NCBI GenBank assembly: GCA_009377585.1
Contig: WHTS01000002.1
Span: 414-64,413 of the forward strand
Direction: 5' to 3'
DNA: 64,000 nucleotides
DNA from: Betaproteobacteria bacterium
Lineage (GTDB): Bacteria > Pseudomonadota > Gammaproteobacteria > Burkholderiales > WYBJ01
Position numbers and translations under genes: made by a program. Shown here one piece after another: positions 45,793 through 55,810 of the stretch (its first letter is position 1; the number at the start of each line of letters is the position of its first letter). The notes beneath the pieces were generated by a model. It had not been told where the DNA came from, searched no databases, and saw only the letters and a program-made list of their open reading frames with translations.

Positions 45793-46893
45793 ATGAGGAT
45801 CTTCAAGTTGCCCGACCTCGGCGAAGGCTTGCAGGAAGCGGAGATCGTGCAGTGGCACGTCGCGGTCGGCGACCAAGTGAAGGCCGACCAGCCGATGGTC
45901 TCGGTCGAAACCGCCAAGGCGCTGGTCGATATCCCCGCACCTTACGCCGGCAAGGTCACGCGGCTGTTCGGCAAGCCGGGCGACATCGCGCACCTCGGCG
46001 CCCCGCTGGTCGGCTTCGAGGGCGAGGAGGCGCAGCAGGAAAGCACCACGGTGGTCGGCAAGGTGGAGTCCACCGGCCAGGTTATCGCGGAACAGAACAT
46101 CGCACCGGTTCCGACCGCGGGCATCAAGGCGACGCCTGCCGTGCGTGCGCTCGCGCGCAAGCTCAACGTCGACCTGGCCATGGTCACCCCGACCGGCGCC
46201 GACGGGCTCCTCACAGCCGCCGATGTGAATCGTGCCGCGCGCATCCTGGCCGAGATCGGACCGCAGGAGGTGCTGCGCGGCACGCGCCGCTTCATGGCGC
46301 AGGCGATGACGCTGGCGCACGCGGAAGTCGCCGGCGCGACCCTCATGGACGATGCCGACATCGAAGCCTGGGCGCCCGGCACGCGCATTTTGCTGCGGCT
46401 CGTGCGTGCCTTGATTGCGGGCGCACGCGCCGAACCGGGTTTGAACGCGTGGTACGATAGCAAGACGATCGGCCGCCACATCATCCGGAAAGTCGATCTC
46501 GGTTTGGCGGTCGATACGCCGGATGGCCTGTTCGTGCCTGTGCTGCGCAACGCGGACACCATGGCGCCGGAACAATTGGCACCTGCGCTGCAGCGACTGA
46601 TCGCGGATACGCAGGCCCGCCGGGTGCCCCCGGAAGATCTGCGCGGCAACACGATCACGCTGTCCAACTATGGCACCATCGCAGGTCGCTACGCTTCGCC
46701 GGTGGTGGTGCCGCCGACGGTCGCGATCCTGGGCGCCGGACGCGTGCGCGACGAAGTGGTGGCGCGCGCTCGGCAACCCGTGGTCCACCGCGTATTGCCG
46801 CTTTCGCTCACGTTCGATCACCGCTGCGTGACCGGCGGCGAAGCGGGACGCTTCCTGGCGGCGGCCATTGCCGATCTGGAACTGCCGGCGTAA
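45793..46893 (+). CDS. Dihydrolipoamide acyltransferase (E2) of the heterotetrameric-E1 complex
   Basis: 366 aa with lipoyl domain (VETAKALVDIPAP), PSBD (ATPAVRALARKLNVDL) and catalytic DHRCVTG. Confidence 0.9.
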   Translation: MRIFKLPDLGEGLQEAEIVQWHVAVGDQVKADQPMVSVETAKALVDIPAPYAGKVTRLFGKPGDIAHLGAPLVGFEGEEAQQESTTVVGKVESTGQVIAEQNIAPVPTAGIKATPAVRALARKLNVDLAMVTPTGADGLLTAADVNRAARILAEIGPQEVLRGTRRFMAQAMTLAHAEVAGATLMDDADIEAWAPGTRILLRLVRALIAGARAEPGLNAWYDSKTIGRHIIRKVDLGLAVDTPDGLFVPVLRNADTMAPEQLAPALQRLIADTQARRVPPEDLRGNTITLSNYGTIAGRYASPVVVPPTVAILGAGRVRDEVVARARQPVVHRVLPLSLTFDHRCVTGGEAGRFLAAAIADLELPA

Positions 46894-46990
46894 GAAAAAT
46901 GCGCCGGCTGCAATGCGGAACTGCCGGCGTAAGAAAAATGCGCCGGCTGCAATGCGGAACTGCCGGCGTAAGAAAAATGCGCCGGCTGCA
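46878..46990 (+). repeat. 39-bp tandem repeat x ~2.9 that reiterates the last 5 codons, the stop codon and a hairpin of the E2 gene
   Basis: Units GGAACTGCCGGCGTAAGAAAAATGCGCCGGCTGCAATGC at 46878, 46917 and 46956 (the last truncated). Confidence 0.9.
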
Positions 46991-47088
46991 GCACTGCCAT
47001 GGCGTGCGGCGAACGGCCCCGGCCGCCCTCGCCGCGCCTGAGGGCGAGCGACATCGCTCGCGATTGACCAACGGAAAAGGAGAATGCA

Positions 47089-47757
47089 ATGGGCAAGACG
47101 ATCGAACTCACCGCGGCCGACGGCCACAAGTTCTCGGCATACCGCGCCGAGCCCGCCGGGAAGCCGCGCGGCGCCCTGATCGTGATCATGGAGATCTTCG
47201 GCGTCAATTCGCACATCCGCGCAGTCGCCGACGACTATGCCAGCGAAGGCTACCTCGCGATCGCGCCGGCCATGTTCGACCGCGTGCAGCCGGGTCTGGA
47301 CATCGGCTACACCCCGCCGGACATCGAGGTCGGCCGCGCCGCCATGCAGAAGATGAAGCTCGACGACGCGATCAAGGACGTGGCCGCCGCCCTGGCCGAC
47401 GTCAAGTCGGCCGGCAAGGTGGGCATCGTCGGCTACTGCTGGGGCGGCACCGTGTCGTGGAAATCGGCCTCCAGCGTCGACGGCCTTTCCGGTGCGATCG
47501 CCTACTATGGCGGCGGCATCCCCGGCCTGATCGGCGAGAAGCCCAAGGTTCCGGTGATGTTCCACTGGGGCGAGACCGACCAGTCGATCCCGCTGGACAA
47601 GGCGAAGGAAGTCGCGGCGGCGCACAAGGATCAGCAGCACTTCTTCTACCCCGCCGGCCACGGCTTCAACTGCGACCAGCGCGGCTCGTACAACGCCGAC
47701 GCATCCAAGCTCGCCAAGAGCCGCAGTTTGGAGTTCCTGCGCAAGCACGTCGGCTAG
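47089..47757 (+). CDS. Dienelactone hydrolase family protein
   Basis: 222 aa with GYCWGG nucleophile motif and a C-terminal HGF. AAGGAG SD. Confidence 0.85.
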   Translation: MGKTIELTAADGHKFSAYRAEPAGKPRGALIVIMEIFGVNSHIRAVADDYASEGYLAIAPAMFDRVQPGLDIGYTPPDIEVGRAAMQKMKLDDAIKDVAAALADVKSAGKVGIVGYCWGGTVSWKSASSVDGLSGAIAYYGGGIPGLIGEKPKVPVMFHWGETDQSIPLDKAKEVAAAHKDQQHFFYPAGHGFNCDQRGSYNADASKLAKSRSLEFLRKHVG

Positions 47758-47858
47758 AAACAAGATCTCGCGAAAAGGGTGAGGGGCTTTCCGCCTGCCA
47801 AGGGCGGGAGGCCCTTCGCCTTTTCCGTCTTCCTTTTCCATTTTTCGGGCAAGCCGCC

Positions 47859-48185
47859 ATGAAGTTCATCTTCGAAGTCCGTATGAAGCCCGGCTACACG
47901 GTCGAGGAATACGCCGCTGCGTGGGTCGAGGCGAGCCGGGTCATCCAGCGCACGCCGGGCGCTCGAGGCACCTACCTGCACCGCAAGATCGGCGCGCCGG
48001 ATACGCTGCTCGCCATCGCGCACTGGGACTCCAAGGCGCATCGCGATGCGAAGGACGATCGGCGCGACGTCACCGTGCGGGCCATCCTCGAGAAGCACGC
48101 AAGAAACTGCGAGACGACGCTCCTCGGCGAGTTCGAGGAGCCGGAATGGGCGGTGCTTCCCGGACAATCCGAGGCGAGCCCGTAG
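47859..48185 (+). CDS. Antibiotic-biosynthesis-monooxygenase (ABM)-like small protein
   Basis: 108 aa with a ferredoxin-like pattern (PGARGTYLHRKIGAPDTLLAIAHWDSKAHRDA). Weak SD, and the family call is tentative. Confidence 0.5.
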   Translation: MKFIFEVRMKPGYTVEEYAAAWVEASRVIQRTPGARGTYLHRKIGAPDTLLAIAHWDSKAHRDAKDDRRDVTVRAILEKHARNCETTLLGEFEEPEWAVLPGQSEASP

Positions 48186-48228
48186 CACGACTCCCCTCGC
48201 CCGCATGCACGGAGCGGGCACGCACGGC

Positions 48229-48996
48229 TCAGTAGTACGGCGGAATCGGTTTCGGCTTCGCCGTGTACCGCTCCTTCAGAGGCTTGTGCCCGAGCGGCGG
48301 AAGCTCCAGCGGCTCGGCCTCCAGGGCCACGTCCGGCACATGCTCGAGCAGATGGCGGATGAGATTCAAGCGCCCGCGGCGCTGGTCGTTGAACTCGACG
48401 ATATGCCATGGCGCGTGACGGCTGTGGCTCGCACGCAGCATCGCATCGCGCGCGCGCCCGTACTCGGCATACACCTGCCTCGCCTTCAGGTCGATCGGCG
48501 ACAGCTTCCAGCGCTTCAACGGATCCTGCGCGCGCTCGGCGAAGCGCGCCTCCTGCTCATCCTGGTCCACCGCGAGCCAATACTTGAAGAGCAGGATACC
48601 GTCCTCCACCAGCATGCGCTCGAATACCGGCGCCTGTTGCAGGAACAGCGCATACGCGGCGTCGCTGCAAAAGCCCATTACCTTTTCCACACCCGCGCGG
48701 TTGTACCAGCTGCGGTCGAACATGACCCACTCGCCAGCGGCAGGAAGGTGCGCGACGTAGCGCTGGAAGTACCACTGCGTGCGCTCGCGCTCGCTCGGGC
48801 TGGCCAGCGCCGCGACATGCACCTGGCGCGGATTGAGCCGTTCGGCAATCGCGTTGATGCAGCCGCCCTTGCCCGCCGTATCGCGGCCCTCGAACACGAT
48901 CACCATGCGCTTGCCCGTATGCTGCAGCCAGCGAGCCACATTGTTGAGCTCCAACTGCAGCGGTTCCACCAGTGCTTCGTACTTCTTCTTTTTCAT
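48229..48996 (-). CDS. ppk2: Polyphosphate kinase 2
   Basis: 255 aa with FEGRDTAGKGG Walker A, FDRSWYNR, and KRWKLSPIDL lid motifs. Confidence 0.9.
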   Translation of the reverse strand: MKKKKYEALVEPLQLELNNVARWLQHTGKRMVIVFEGRDTAGKGGCINAIAERLNPRQVHVAALASPSERERTQWYFQRYVAHLPAAGEWVMFDRSWYNRAGVEKVMGFCSDAAYALFLQQAPVFERMLVEDGILLFKYWLAVDQDEQEARFAERAQDPLKRWKLSPIDLKARQVYAEYGRARDAMLRASHSRHAPWHIVEFNDQRRGRLNLIRHLLEHVPDVALEAEPLELPPLGHKPLKERYTAKPKPIPPYY

Positions 48997-49123
48997 GGGG
49001 CACGCAAACCTGCTAGCTCGTTTTCTGCGGTCGCGGCGTGGCGCGATCTTCGATCTCGCCCGCCCGAGTGCGCCCTGCCGCGGCGCCGGAAATGACGCCT
49101 GGGCGCGGTTCTTTCGAAACGGT

Positions 49124-49711
49124 TCAGCCGACCTTGAAGTAGCCCGGCAGCGCTTCGAAGCGCTTCACCCAGGCCTGCACCGCAGGATAGGGGTCGAGGG
49201 CGATGTTGCCTTCGGCTGCGCGCGCCGTGTACGGGTAGCAGGCGATGTCGGCAATCGTGGGGCGTCCCAGCGCCAGCCACTCGTTCCCGTGCAGGCGTCC
49301 CTCGAGCACGCCCAGCCCTTTGCGTCCCACCTCGGCGCCCTCCTCGTAGTGACCCGTCCGGATCCCTCGCACGATTCCGCGCGCGTATTGCAGCCCGAAC
49401 TGGATCTCGTTCAGCGCCAGCGCGATCCACTGCATGATCTCGCCCATCTCGCCCGGATCGTTCGGCAGCCATGGCTCGCCGCCATACTTGCGCGCGATAT
49501 AGATCAGGCACGCGCTCGAGTCCCAAAGCACGCGCCCCTCGTCCTCGAGGACCGGCACTTGCGAGCGCGGATTGAGGTCGGTGAAGGGCTTGCGCTTGTG
49601 CTCGCCGTTGGGAAAATCGACGATGACGGTTTCGTAGGGATGCTTCAGCATCGACAGCAGCAGCGCGACCTTGTAGCCGTTGCCCGAGTTCTTGGTGGTG
49701 TAGAGTTTCAT
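49124..49711 (-). CDS. Glutathione S-transferase
   Basis: 195 aa from MKLYTT behind GGAGG. QVPVLEDEG..LWDSSACLIYIA is typical of the GST N-terminal domain. Confidence 0.85.
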   Translation of the reverse strand: MKLYTTKNSGNGYKVALLLSMLKHPYETVIVDFPNGEHKRKPFTDLNPRSQVPVLEDEGRVLWDSSACLIYIARKYGGEPWLPNDPGEMGEIMQWIALALNEIQFGLQYARGIVRGIRTGHYEEGAEVGRKGLGVLEGRLHGNEWLALGRPTIADIACYPYTARAAEGNIALDPYPAVQAWVKRFEALPGYFKVG

Positions 49712-49748
49712 CGAGCCTCCGATCGTCAAGCAGTAAAGCCGCCTGCAA

Positions 49749-49771
49749 TCCAGGCGGTTTTCGAACCAGGG
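49749..49771 (+). terminator. Orphan terminator-like hairpin (CCGCCTG-caatc-CAGGCGG-TTTT) in a divergent promoter region
   Basis: Read directly. It lies between the GST start (49711, minus) and the Nudix start (49887, plus), so no upstream plus-strand gene explains it. Confidence 0.35.
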
Positions 49772-49886
49772 TGTTGCGAACGCCGCACTCGCATCTTATA
49801 ACGCCGAGGGCGTCTCGTTCGCATCGCCTGTTTTCGAGCACGCTGCGGCCACCCCCGATCACCGGATCAGTTGCAGGAGGTCCCAC

Positions 49887-50339
49887 ATGGCGCGGAATAT
49901 TTCGATCCCGAACGATCTGCTGCCGCCGCTCTCCGCCGGGGTGGTCGTCATGCGGCGCTTTCCGGATGGCTGGCGCTGCCTCGTATTGCGCGCCTACCGC
50001 AACTGGGACTTTCCCAAAGGCCTGGTCGAAGGCGATGAAGCACCGCGCGAGGCGGCTCAACGCGAAGTGTGGGAAGAAACCTCGCTTGGGGATCTGCGTT
50101 TCAACTGGGGCGAGGCGTACAAGGAGACGCTGCCGTATGCGGGCCGCAAGGTCGCGCGCTACTACATCGCGGAGTCGGCGTCCGATCCGGTCGTGCTGTC
50201 GATCTCCGAGGAGCTGGGGCGTCCCGAGCACGATGAGTTCCGTTGGGTGAGCTTCGACGCTGCCGAGGACGTGCTGCCGCCGCGCCTGGCGGTCGTGCTC
50301 GACTGGGCGCGCAACATGGTGGCGTCTCATCCTGACTGA
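49887..50339 (+). CDS. NUDIX hydrolase (Ap4A-hydrolase-like)
   Basis: 150 aa with Nudix box GLVEGDEAPREAAQREVWEETSL. AGGAGG SD. Confidence 0.85.
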   Translation: MARNISIPNDLLPPLSAGVVVMRRFPDGWRCLVLRAYRNWDFPKGLVEGDEAPREAAQREVWEETSLGDLRFNWGEAYKETLPYAGRKVARYYIAESASDPVVLSISEELGRPEHDEFRWVSFDAAEDVLPPRLAVVLDWARNMVASHPD

Positions 50340-50345
50340 ACGCGA

Positions 50346-51401
50346 TCAGCCCAGCCGCAGCACGATCGCCGCGGTCATCTCGCTGGTGCGCGCTGAACCG
50401 CCCAGGTCGCGCGTCACCGGCGTGCCTGCGCGCAGCACAGAGCGGAGCGCTGCTTCGATGCGTCGCGCAGCCTCGTCCTCGCCGATGTAGCGCAGCATCA
50501 TCGCCGCCGAAAGAATGAGCGAGCACGGATTGGCCCGGTCCTGCCCGGCGAGGTCGGGCGCGCAGCCGTGCACGGCCTCGAACACGGCGCAGTCGGCGCC
50601 GATGTTCGCGCCCGGCGCCACACCCAGCCCGCCCACCAGGCCGGCCGTGAGATCGGACAGGATATCGCCGTAGAGATTGGGCAGCAGCAGGCAGTCGAAG
50701 CGCTCGGGCCGCATCACGAGCTCCATGCAAAGCGCATCGACCACGCGGCTATCCACCGCGATCGCCGGATAGTTCGCCAGCGTCTCCTTGCAGGCATCGA
50801 GGAACAGGCCGTCGGTCAACTTCAGCACATTGGACTTGTGGCCGATCGTCACCCGCCGCCGTCCGGTGCGTTGCATGTAATCGGCGACGAAACACGCCAT
50901 CCGCTCGCTGCCCGAGCGCGTGATGCGTTTTACGGCCTCGGCCGTGTTCTCGTCGGCCATGCGTTCGAGCCCGAGGTACAAGTCCTCGCTGTTCTCGCGA
51001 AAGAGCACCAGGTCGATGTCACGATAACGCGAGGCGATGCCCTCGAAGCTCTTCGCCGGCCGGACGTTGGCGAACAGCTCCAGCTCGCCCCGCAAAGCGA
51101 TCGTCGGCCCGGGATAGCTGCGCTCCTCGATGCGGCCGTGGGCGCGGCGCGCCTTGCGCGTGACGCGAAAATCGCCGCCGAAGGTGTTGCCCATCGGTCC
51201 TTTCAAAGCCACCCGGTTGCGCAGAACCGACTCGTAGACCGCTTCGGGCACCGCGACACCGGTGCGTTCCAGGCTCGACATGCCGGCATCGACACACTCC
51301 CACTGCACGTTCGCACCGGCCGCGTCCACGACCTCCCGCGCAGCCGCGGTGACTTCCGGACCGATGCCGTCGCCGGGAATGAGCGTGATGATCGTGGCCA
51401 T
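50346..51401 (-). CDS. Isocitrate/isopropylmalate dehydrogenase-family beta-decarboxylating dehydrogenase with an atypical substrate loop
   Basis: 351 aa with [33 protein letters not shown] and HGCAPDLAG conserved. The canonical R-S-x-N segment is replaced by about 21 aa ([21 protein letters not shown]). Confidence 0.8.
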   Translation of the reverse strand: MATIITLIPGDGIGPEVTAAAREVVDAAGANVQWECVDAGMSSLERTGVAVPEAVYESVLRNRVALKGPMGNTFGGDFRVTRKARRAHGRIEERSYPGPTIALRGELELFANVRPAKSFEGIASRYRDIDLVLFRENSEDLYLGLERMADENTAEAVKRITRSGSERMACFVADYMQRTGRRRVTIGHKSNVLKLTDGLFLDACKETLANYPAIAVDSRVVDALCMELVMRPERFDCLLLPNLYGDILSDLTAGLVGGLGVAPGANIGADCAVFEAVHGCAPDLAGQDRANPCSLILSAAMMLRYIGEDEAARRIEAALRSVLRAGTPVTRDLGGSARTSEMTAAIVLRLG

Positions 51402-51650
51402 GGTGAAAGGGCACCTCGGGTCGGTACTGAACTGTCGTCCAATACCGAACGCTCAACAATGGGAAGCGGTCGTAAGGCGCTCACCGCAAGGGTTCGCCCC
51501 TGTGCGTGATGCGGGCAAGCGGCGTGCGCGCGCCAAGGCGTTGGCCGAAGCGCCCGGCATTTGCCGGAAAGACAACGCCATCGGTGGCGCGAAACGCGCA
51601 TCGGGCATGTCCTGCGTGCCCCGGCGCGCCTACAATGTCGAGAGCCCGTT

Positions 51651-51659
51651 TGCTATACT
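51651..51659 (+). promoter_or_regulatory. Candidate extended -10 promoter element (TGcTATACT) upstream of acnA
   Basis: Read directly, ~150 nt upstream of the acnA ATG. No convincing -35 element. Confidence 0.3.
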
Positions 51660-51807
51660 CATCCGGTTTCGCGATTGCTTACACCTTGATCCTCAAAGTT
51701 TCCCGCATTCCGGCCGGCTCTGCAGCTCGCAGGGCAATCGGCGTTGCCAGTGCAAGACCTCTTACGGGCTCGCTTCGGGCGGCCCGATTCGTGAACAGGA
51801 GCCCCCG

Positions 51808-54495
51808 ATGAGCAGCAACCCTTTCAACACCCAGCAGCAGTTCCAGTTCGGCGCCGGCAAGAGCGGTCAGTACCACTCGCTGCCTGCTCTGGAAAAGGCG
51901 GGCGTGGGCAACATTTCGCGCCTGCCCATTTCGCTGCGCATCGTGCTGGAGTCGGCGCTGCGCAACCTCGACGGGCGCAAGATCACCGAGGCGCACGTCC
52001 GCGAGCTCGCCAACTGGTCGCCACGGGGCGATCGCACCTCGGAGGTTCCGTTCGTGGTCGCGCGCGTGCTGCTGCAGGACATGACGGGCGTTCCGCTGGT
52101 GGTGGATTTCGCGGCCATGCGCGAAGCGGCCAAGAAGATGGGCAAGAACCCCGAGATCATCGAGCCGCTGTGCCCCGGGCACCTCATCATCGATCACTCG
52201 GTGCAGGTCGACAACTTCGCCTCGCCGGATGCGCTCACCAAGAACATGGAAATCGAGTTCATGCGCAATCGGGAGCGCTACCAGTTCCTGAAATGGAGCG
52301 CGCAGGCCTTCAAGACCTTCGTCACCGTACCGCCGGGCAACGGCATCTGCCACCAGGTGAACCTCGAATACATATCACAAGTGGTCTGGCACAACGACGG
52401 CATGTTCTACCCCGATACCCTGGTGGGCACCGACTCGCACACCACCATGGTGAACGGACTGGGTGTGCTGGGCTGGGGCGTGGGCGGCATCGAGGCCGAG
52501 GCGACCATGCTCGGCCAGCCGATGTACTTCCTGCAGCCGGACGTGGTCGGGGTGCACCTGAAGGGCAAGCTGCAGGATGGCGTCACGGCCACCGACCTGG
52601 TGCTTCGCATCGTGCAGCTGCTGCGCGAGAAGAAGGTGGTGGCGAAGTTCGTCGAGTTCTTCGGCGATGGCGCGGCTTCCCTCACCATCCCGGACCGGGC
52701 CACGATCGGCAACATGGCGCCGGAATACGGCGCGACCTGCGGCTTCTTCCCCATCGACGATACCTCGTGCGAGTACTTGCGCATCACGGGTCGCGGTGAA
52801 GCAGCCGAGCTCGCCAAAGCCTACTACCAGGCGCAGAACATGTTCGGCATGCCGAAACCGGGCGAGATCGACTACAGCGAGGTGATCGAGCTCGACCTGG
52901 GCAGCGTGGTGCCCGCCGTGTCGGGCCCGCGGCGCCCGCACGACCGGCTCGATCTGCCGGCGCTCAAAGGCAAGCTGGCGGAGCTGATGGGCAAGACGAT
53001 GGCCGAGGGCGGTTACGGCAAATCGGCGGCGGCGTTGAACGAGCGCTTCGAGACCAACCTGCCCGACATCGACATCGGCCACGGCGACGTGCTGATTGCG
53101 GCCATCACCTCGTGCACCAACACCTCCAACCCGGGCGTGTTGCTCGCGGCCGGATTGCTGGCGAAGAAAGCCGTGGAAAAGGGCTTGAAACCGCATCCGC
53201 GGGTAAAGACCTCCTTGGGGCCGGGCTCGCGCGCGGTCGAAAAGTATCTGCAAGACGCTGCCCTGCAGCCCTACCTCGACCAGCTCGGCTTCAACGTGGT
53301 CGCATTCGGCTGCACCACTTGCATCGGCAACAGCGGGCCGCTCGATCCGGCGATCGAGGAAGCCATCACCAAGAACGACATCGTGGGCGCGGCCGTGCTG
53401 TCCGGCAACCGCAATTTCGAAGCGCGCATCCACCAGGCGATCCGCGCCAACTTCCTGGCCAGCCCGCCCCTGGTCGTCGCCTTCGCGCTCGCCGGCACGG
53501 TCAATATCGACATCTCCAAGGATGCGCTCGGCAGCGGCAAGGACGGGAAGCCGGTCTACCTGAAGGACATCTGGCCCTCCACTGCCGAAGTGGCCGCGGT
53601 GATGAAGTACGCCACCGATCCCGAGATGTTCAAGAAGGTGTTTTCGGCCTTCAAGGAAGGCAACCCCATGTGGGATGAAATCCCCACCTCGTCCGGCGCG
53701 ACCTTCCAATGGGATCCCAAGTCCACCTACGTGCGCTATCCGCCCTACTTCGACGGCTTCACGATGGAGTCGGGCAAGGCCGCCGACGTCAAGAACGCGC
53801 GCACGCTGGCGACGTTCGGCGATTCCATCACCACCGATCACATCAGCCCCGCAGGCGGCATCCGTCCGAGCGCACCGGCCGGAAGATACCTGCAGTCGGA
53901 GGGGGTGGGCATCGAGAACTTCAACACCTACGGCGCGCGTCGCGGCAACCACGAAGTGATGATGCGTGGCACCTTCGCCAACGTGCGCATCAAGAACCTC
54001 ATGGTCCCGGGCACCGAGGGCGGCGTCACGGTCTACCAACCCTCCGGCGAGCAGATCAGCATCTACGATGCGGCGATGAAGTACAAGCAGGAAGGCGTGC
54101 CGCTGGTGGTGTTCGGCGGCGACGAGTACGGTCAGGGCTCCTCGCGCGACTGGGCGGCCAAGGGCCCGCAACTGCTGGGCGTCAAGGTCGTGGTGGCGCG
54201 CAGCTTCGAGCGCATTCACCGCGCCAACCTGGTGTTCATGGGCATCCTGCCGCTCGAATTCAAGGAAGGCATCAGTGCGCAGTCGCTCGCGCTCGACGGG
54301 TCGGAAGTATTCGATTTCACCGGGCTCGAAGGGGGCCTCGCACCGCGCCAGCACGTGATCATGACCATCCGCCGCAAGAATGGAGCGAGCGAGAGCGTGC
54401 CTTTGAGCCTGCGCATCGACACGCCCATCGAGGTCGATTACTACCTGCATGGGGGCATCCTGCCTTACGTGCTGCGGGAGCTGTTGGCCGCGTAA
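51808..54495 (+). CDS. acnA: Aconitate hydratase A
   Basis: 895 aa with [23 protein letters not shown] and CTTCIGNSG Fe-S ligand motifs. AGGAG SD, and the long upstream ORF extension is rejected. Confidence 0.95.
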   Translation: MSSNPFNTQQQFQFGAGKSGQYHSLPALEKAGVGNISRLPISLRIVLESALRNLDGRKITEAHVRELANWSPRGDRTSEVPFVVARVLLQDMTGVPLVVDFAAMREAAKKMGKNPEIIEPLCPGHLIIDHSVQVDNFASPDALTKNMEIEFMRNRERYQFLKWSAQAFKTFVTVPPGNGICHQVNLEYISQVVWHNDGMFYPDTLVGTDSHTTMVNGLGVLGWGVGGIEAEATMLGQPMYFLQPDVVGVHLKGKLQDGVTATDLVLRIVQLLREKKVVAKFVEFFGDGAASLTIPDRATIGNMAPEYGATCGFFPIDDTSCEYLRITGRGEAAELAKAYYQAQNMFGMPKPGEIDYSEVIELDLGSVVPAVSGPRRPHDRLDLPALKGKLAELMGKTMAEGGYGKSAAALNERFETNLPDIDIGHGDVLIAAITSCTNTSNPGVLLAAGLLAKKAVEKGLKPHPRVKTSLGPGSRAVEKYLQDAALQPYLDQLGFNVVAFGCTTCIGNSGPLDPAIEEAITKNDIVGAAVLSGNRNFEARIHQAIRANFLASPPLVVAFALAGTVNIDISKDALGSGKDGKPVYLKDIWPSTAEVAAVMKYATDPEMFKKVFSAFKEGNPMWDEIPTSSGATFQWDPKSTYVRYPPYFDGFTMESGKAADVKNARTLATFGDSITTDHISPAGGIRPSAPAGRYLQSEGVGIENFNTYGARRGNHEVMMRGTFANVRIKNLMVPGTEGGVTVYQPSGEQISIYDAAMKYKQEGVPLVVFGGDEYGQGSSRDWAAKGPQLLGVKVVVARSFERIHRANLVFMGILPLEFKEGISAQSLALDGSEVFDFTGLEGGLAPRQHVIMTIRRKNGASESVPLSLRIDTPIEVDYYLHGGILPYVLRELLAA

Positions 54496-54574
54496 GCGGC
54501 GGGGCGCGGACCCGGGACGCTCGACGTTCGGGTTCGCCTGCCACTTCCCGCTAGCGCTACGGATCGAACTTGCC

Positions 54575-54598
54575 GCCCGCTCGCGGGTCTTTCTTAGG
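54575..54598 (+). terminator. Weak terminator-like hairpin after acnA (CCCGC-tc-GCGGG followed by TCTTTCTT)
   Basis: Read directly. The stem is short (5-6 bp). Confidence 0.35.
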
Positions 54599-54616
54599 TT
54601 GCCGCAGAGACACGAA

Positions 54617-54675
54617 CGCGTCAGAGACGCATAAGGCACGCGTCAGAGACGCATAAGGCACGCGTCAGAGATCGC
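54617..54675. repeat. 22-bp tandem repeat x ~2.7, each unit carrying the palindrome GCGTCAGAGACGC, upstream of msrB
   Basis: Palindromes at 54618-54630 and 54640-54652, plus an imperfect third at 54662-54675. Centre-to-centre spacing is 22 bp. Confidence 0.9.
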
Positions 54676-54698
54676 CAGCCCGCGACAGGAGATCGGAG

Positions 54699-55094
54699 AT
54701 GGCCAAGATCGAGAAACCCGAAGCCGAGTGGAAGTCCCAATTGACGCCGGAGCAATACCAGGTCACGCGCCGCAAAGGCACCGAGCCGGCATTCACGGGC
54801 CAGTATTGGGACAACCACGCCGAGGGCATCTATCGCTGCGTATGCTGCGCTACGCCGCTGTTCCGATCGAATGAAAAGTTCGACTCCGGCAGCGGCTGGC
54901 CGAGCTATTGGCAACCGCTCGATCCCGCGGCGGTCCGAACCGAGGGCGACTTCAGCCATCTCATGCAGCGCACCGAAGTGCTTTGCGCAACTTGCGATGC
55001 CCACCTGGGTCACGTGTTCGAAGATGGGCCGGCGCCTACGGGCCGGCGCTACTGCATCAATTCGGCGGCGCTGAAGTTCGAACCGCCCAAGTAA
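54699..55094 (+). CDS. msrB: Peptide-methionine (R)-S-oxide reductase
   Basis: 131 aa with two CxxC zinc motifs (CVCC, CATC) and the catalytic RYCINS. Confidence 0.95.
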   Translation: MAKIEKPEAEWKSQLTPEQYQVTRRKGTEPAFTGQYWDNHAEGIYRCVCCATPLFRSNEKFDSGSGWPSYWQPLDPAAVRTEGDFSHLMQRTEVLCATCDAHLGHVFEDGPAPTGRRYCINSAALKFEPPK

Positions 55095-55133
55095 GGCCGC
55101 GCTGATCGCGCCATTTCCGAAGTCCCCGCTCGG

Positions 55134-55162
55134 TTGTGTTCGTTCCGGTGAGCGGTCATAAT
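55134..55162 (+). promoter_or_regulatory. Candidate promoter TTGTGT-17 bp-CATAAT ending 8 nt before the yciB ATG (leaderless or near-leaderless layout)
   Basis: Hexamers read directly. No SD lies between the -10 element and the ATG at 55171. Confidence 0.4.
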
Positions 55163-55170
55163 GCCGCGCC

Positions 55171-55710
55171 ATGAAATTCCTGTTCGATATCTTCCCTGTC
55201 GTCCTGTTCTTTGCCGCCTACAAGCTTGCCGACATCTTCGTCGCCACCACGGTCGCCATAGCGGCCACTTTCGTCCAGATCGGCTGGGTCTGGATGAGAA
55301 CCCGCAAGGTCGAGCCGATGTTGTGGGTGAGCTTTGCCATCATCGTGGTGTTCGGCGGCGCGACACTGTTGCTGCGCGACGAGACGTTCATCAAGTGGAA
55401 GCCCACGGTGCTCTACTGGTTGTTCGGGGCGGCGCTGCTTATCGCCGCCCACGGTTTCGGCAAAAATCTGATCCGCGCGATGATGGGTTCGCAGATCGCG
55501 CTGCCCGATCGGGTCTGGACGCGGCTCAACCAGAGCTGGGTCGGTTTCTTCGTCGTGATGGGCGTATTGAACCTATACGTCGCGTACAGCTTTTCCACCG
55601 ATACCTGGGTCGATTTCAAGCTCTTCGGCGGCACCGGCCTGATGCTGCTGTTCGTCCTGGGCCAGGCGCTGATGCTCACCAAGTACGCCGAGGACAAGGG
55701 ACCCGGTTGA
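55171..55710 (+). CDS. yciB: Intracellular septation protein A (YciB/IspZ)
   Basis: 179 aa. [18 protein letters not shown] is the typical family N-terminus, and there are 5 TM segments. Confidence 0.9.
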   Translation: MKFLFDIFPVVLFFAAYKLADIFVATTVAIAATFVQIGWVWMRTRKVEPMLWVSFAIIVVFGGATLLLRDETFIKWKPTVLYWLFGAALLIAAHGFGKNLIRAMMGSQIALPDRVWTRLNQSWVGFFVVMGVLNLYVAYSFSTDTWVDFKLFGGTGLMLLFVLGQALMLTKYAEDKGPG

Positions 55711-55810
55711 TGCCTGCCGCGATGCCGGCTGCCCTCCACGCCCTCGTGCCCCCCGCACCCGGCCGCAACTTTTGTAGGTACGCCGGCTTGCAGCGGCGAA
55801 CCGTTGGCCC

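Noticed and set aside
47775-47830. Terminator after the dienelactone hydrolase gene
   Set aside because: There is an imperfect nested inverted repeat (CCGCC-tgccaag-GGCGG inside a mismatched outer stem) followed by T-rich sequence. It is plausible, but the stem is too irregular for me to list it as a supported feature.
54699-55094. MsrB lacking the resolving cysteine (SGSGWPSY instead of SGCGWPSF)
   Set aside because: One-Cys MsrB enzymes are a well-known natural class, so this is not unusual.
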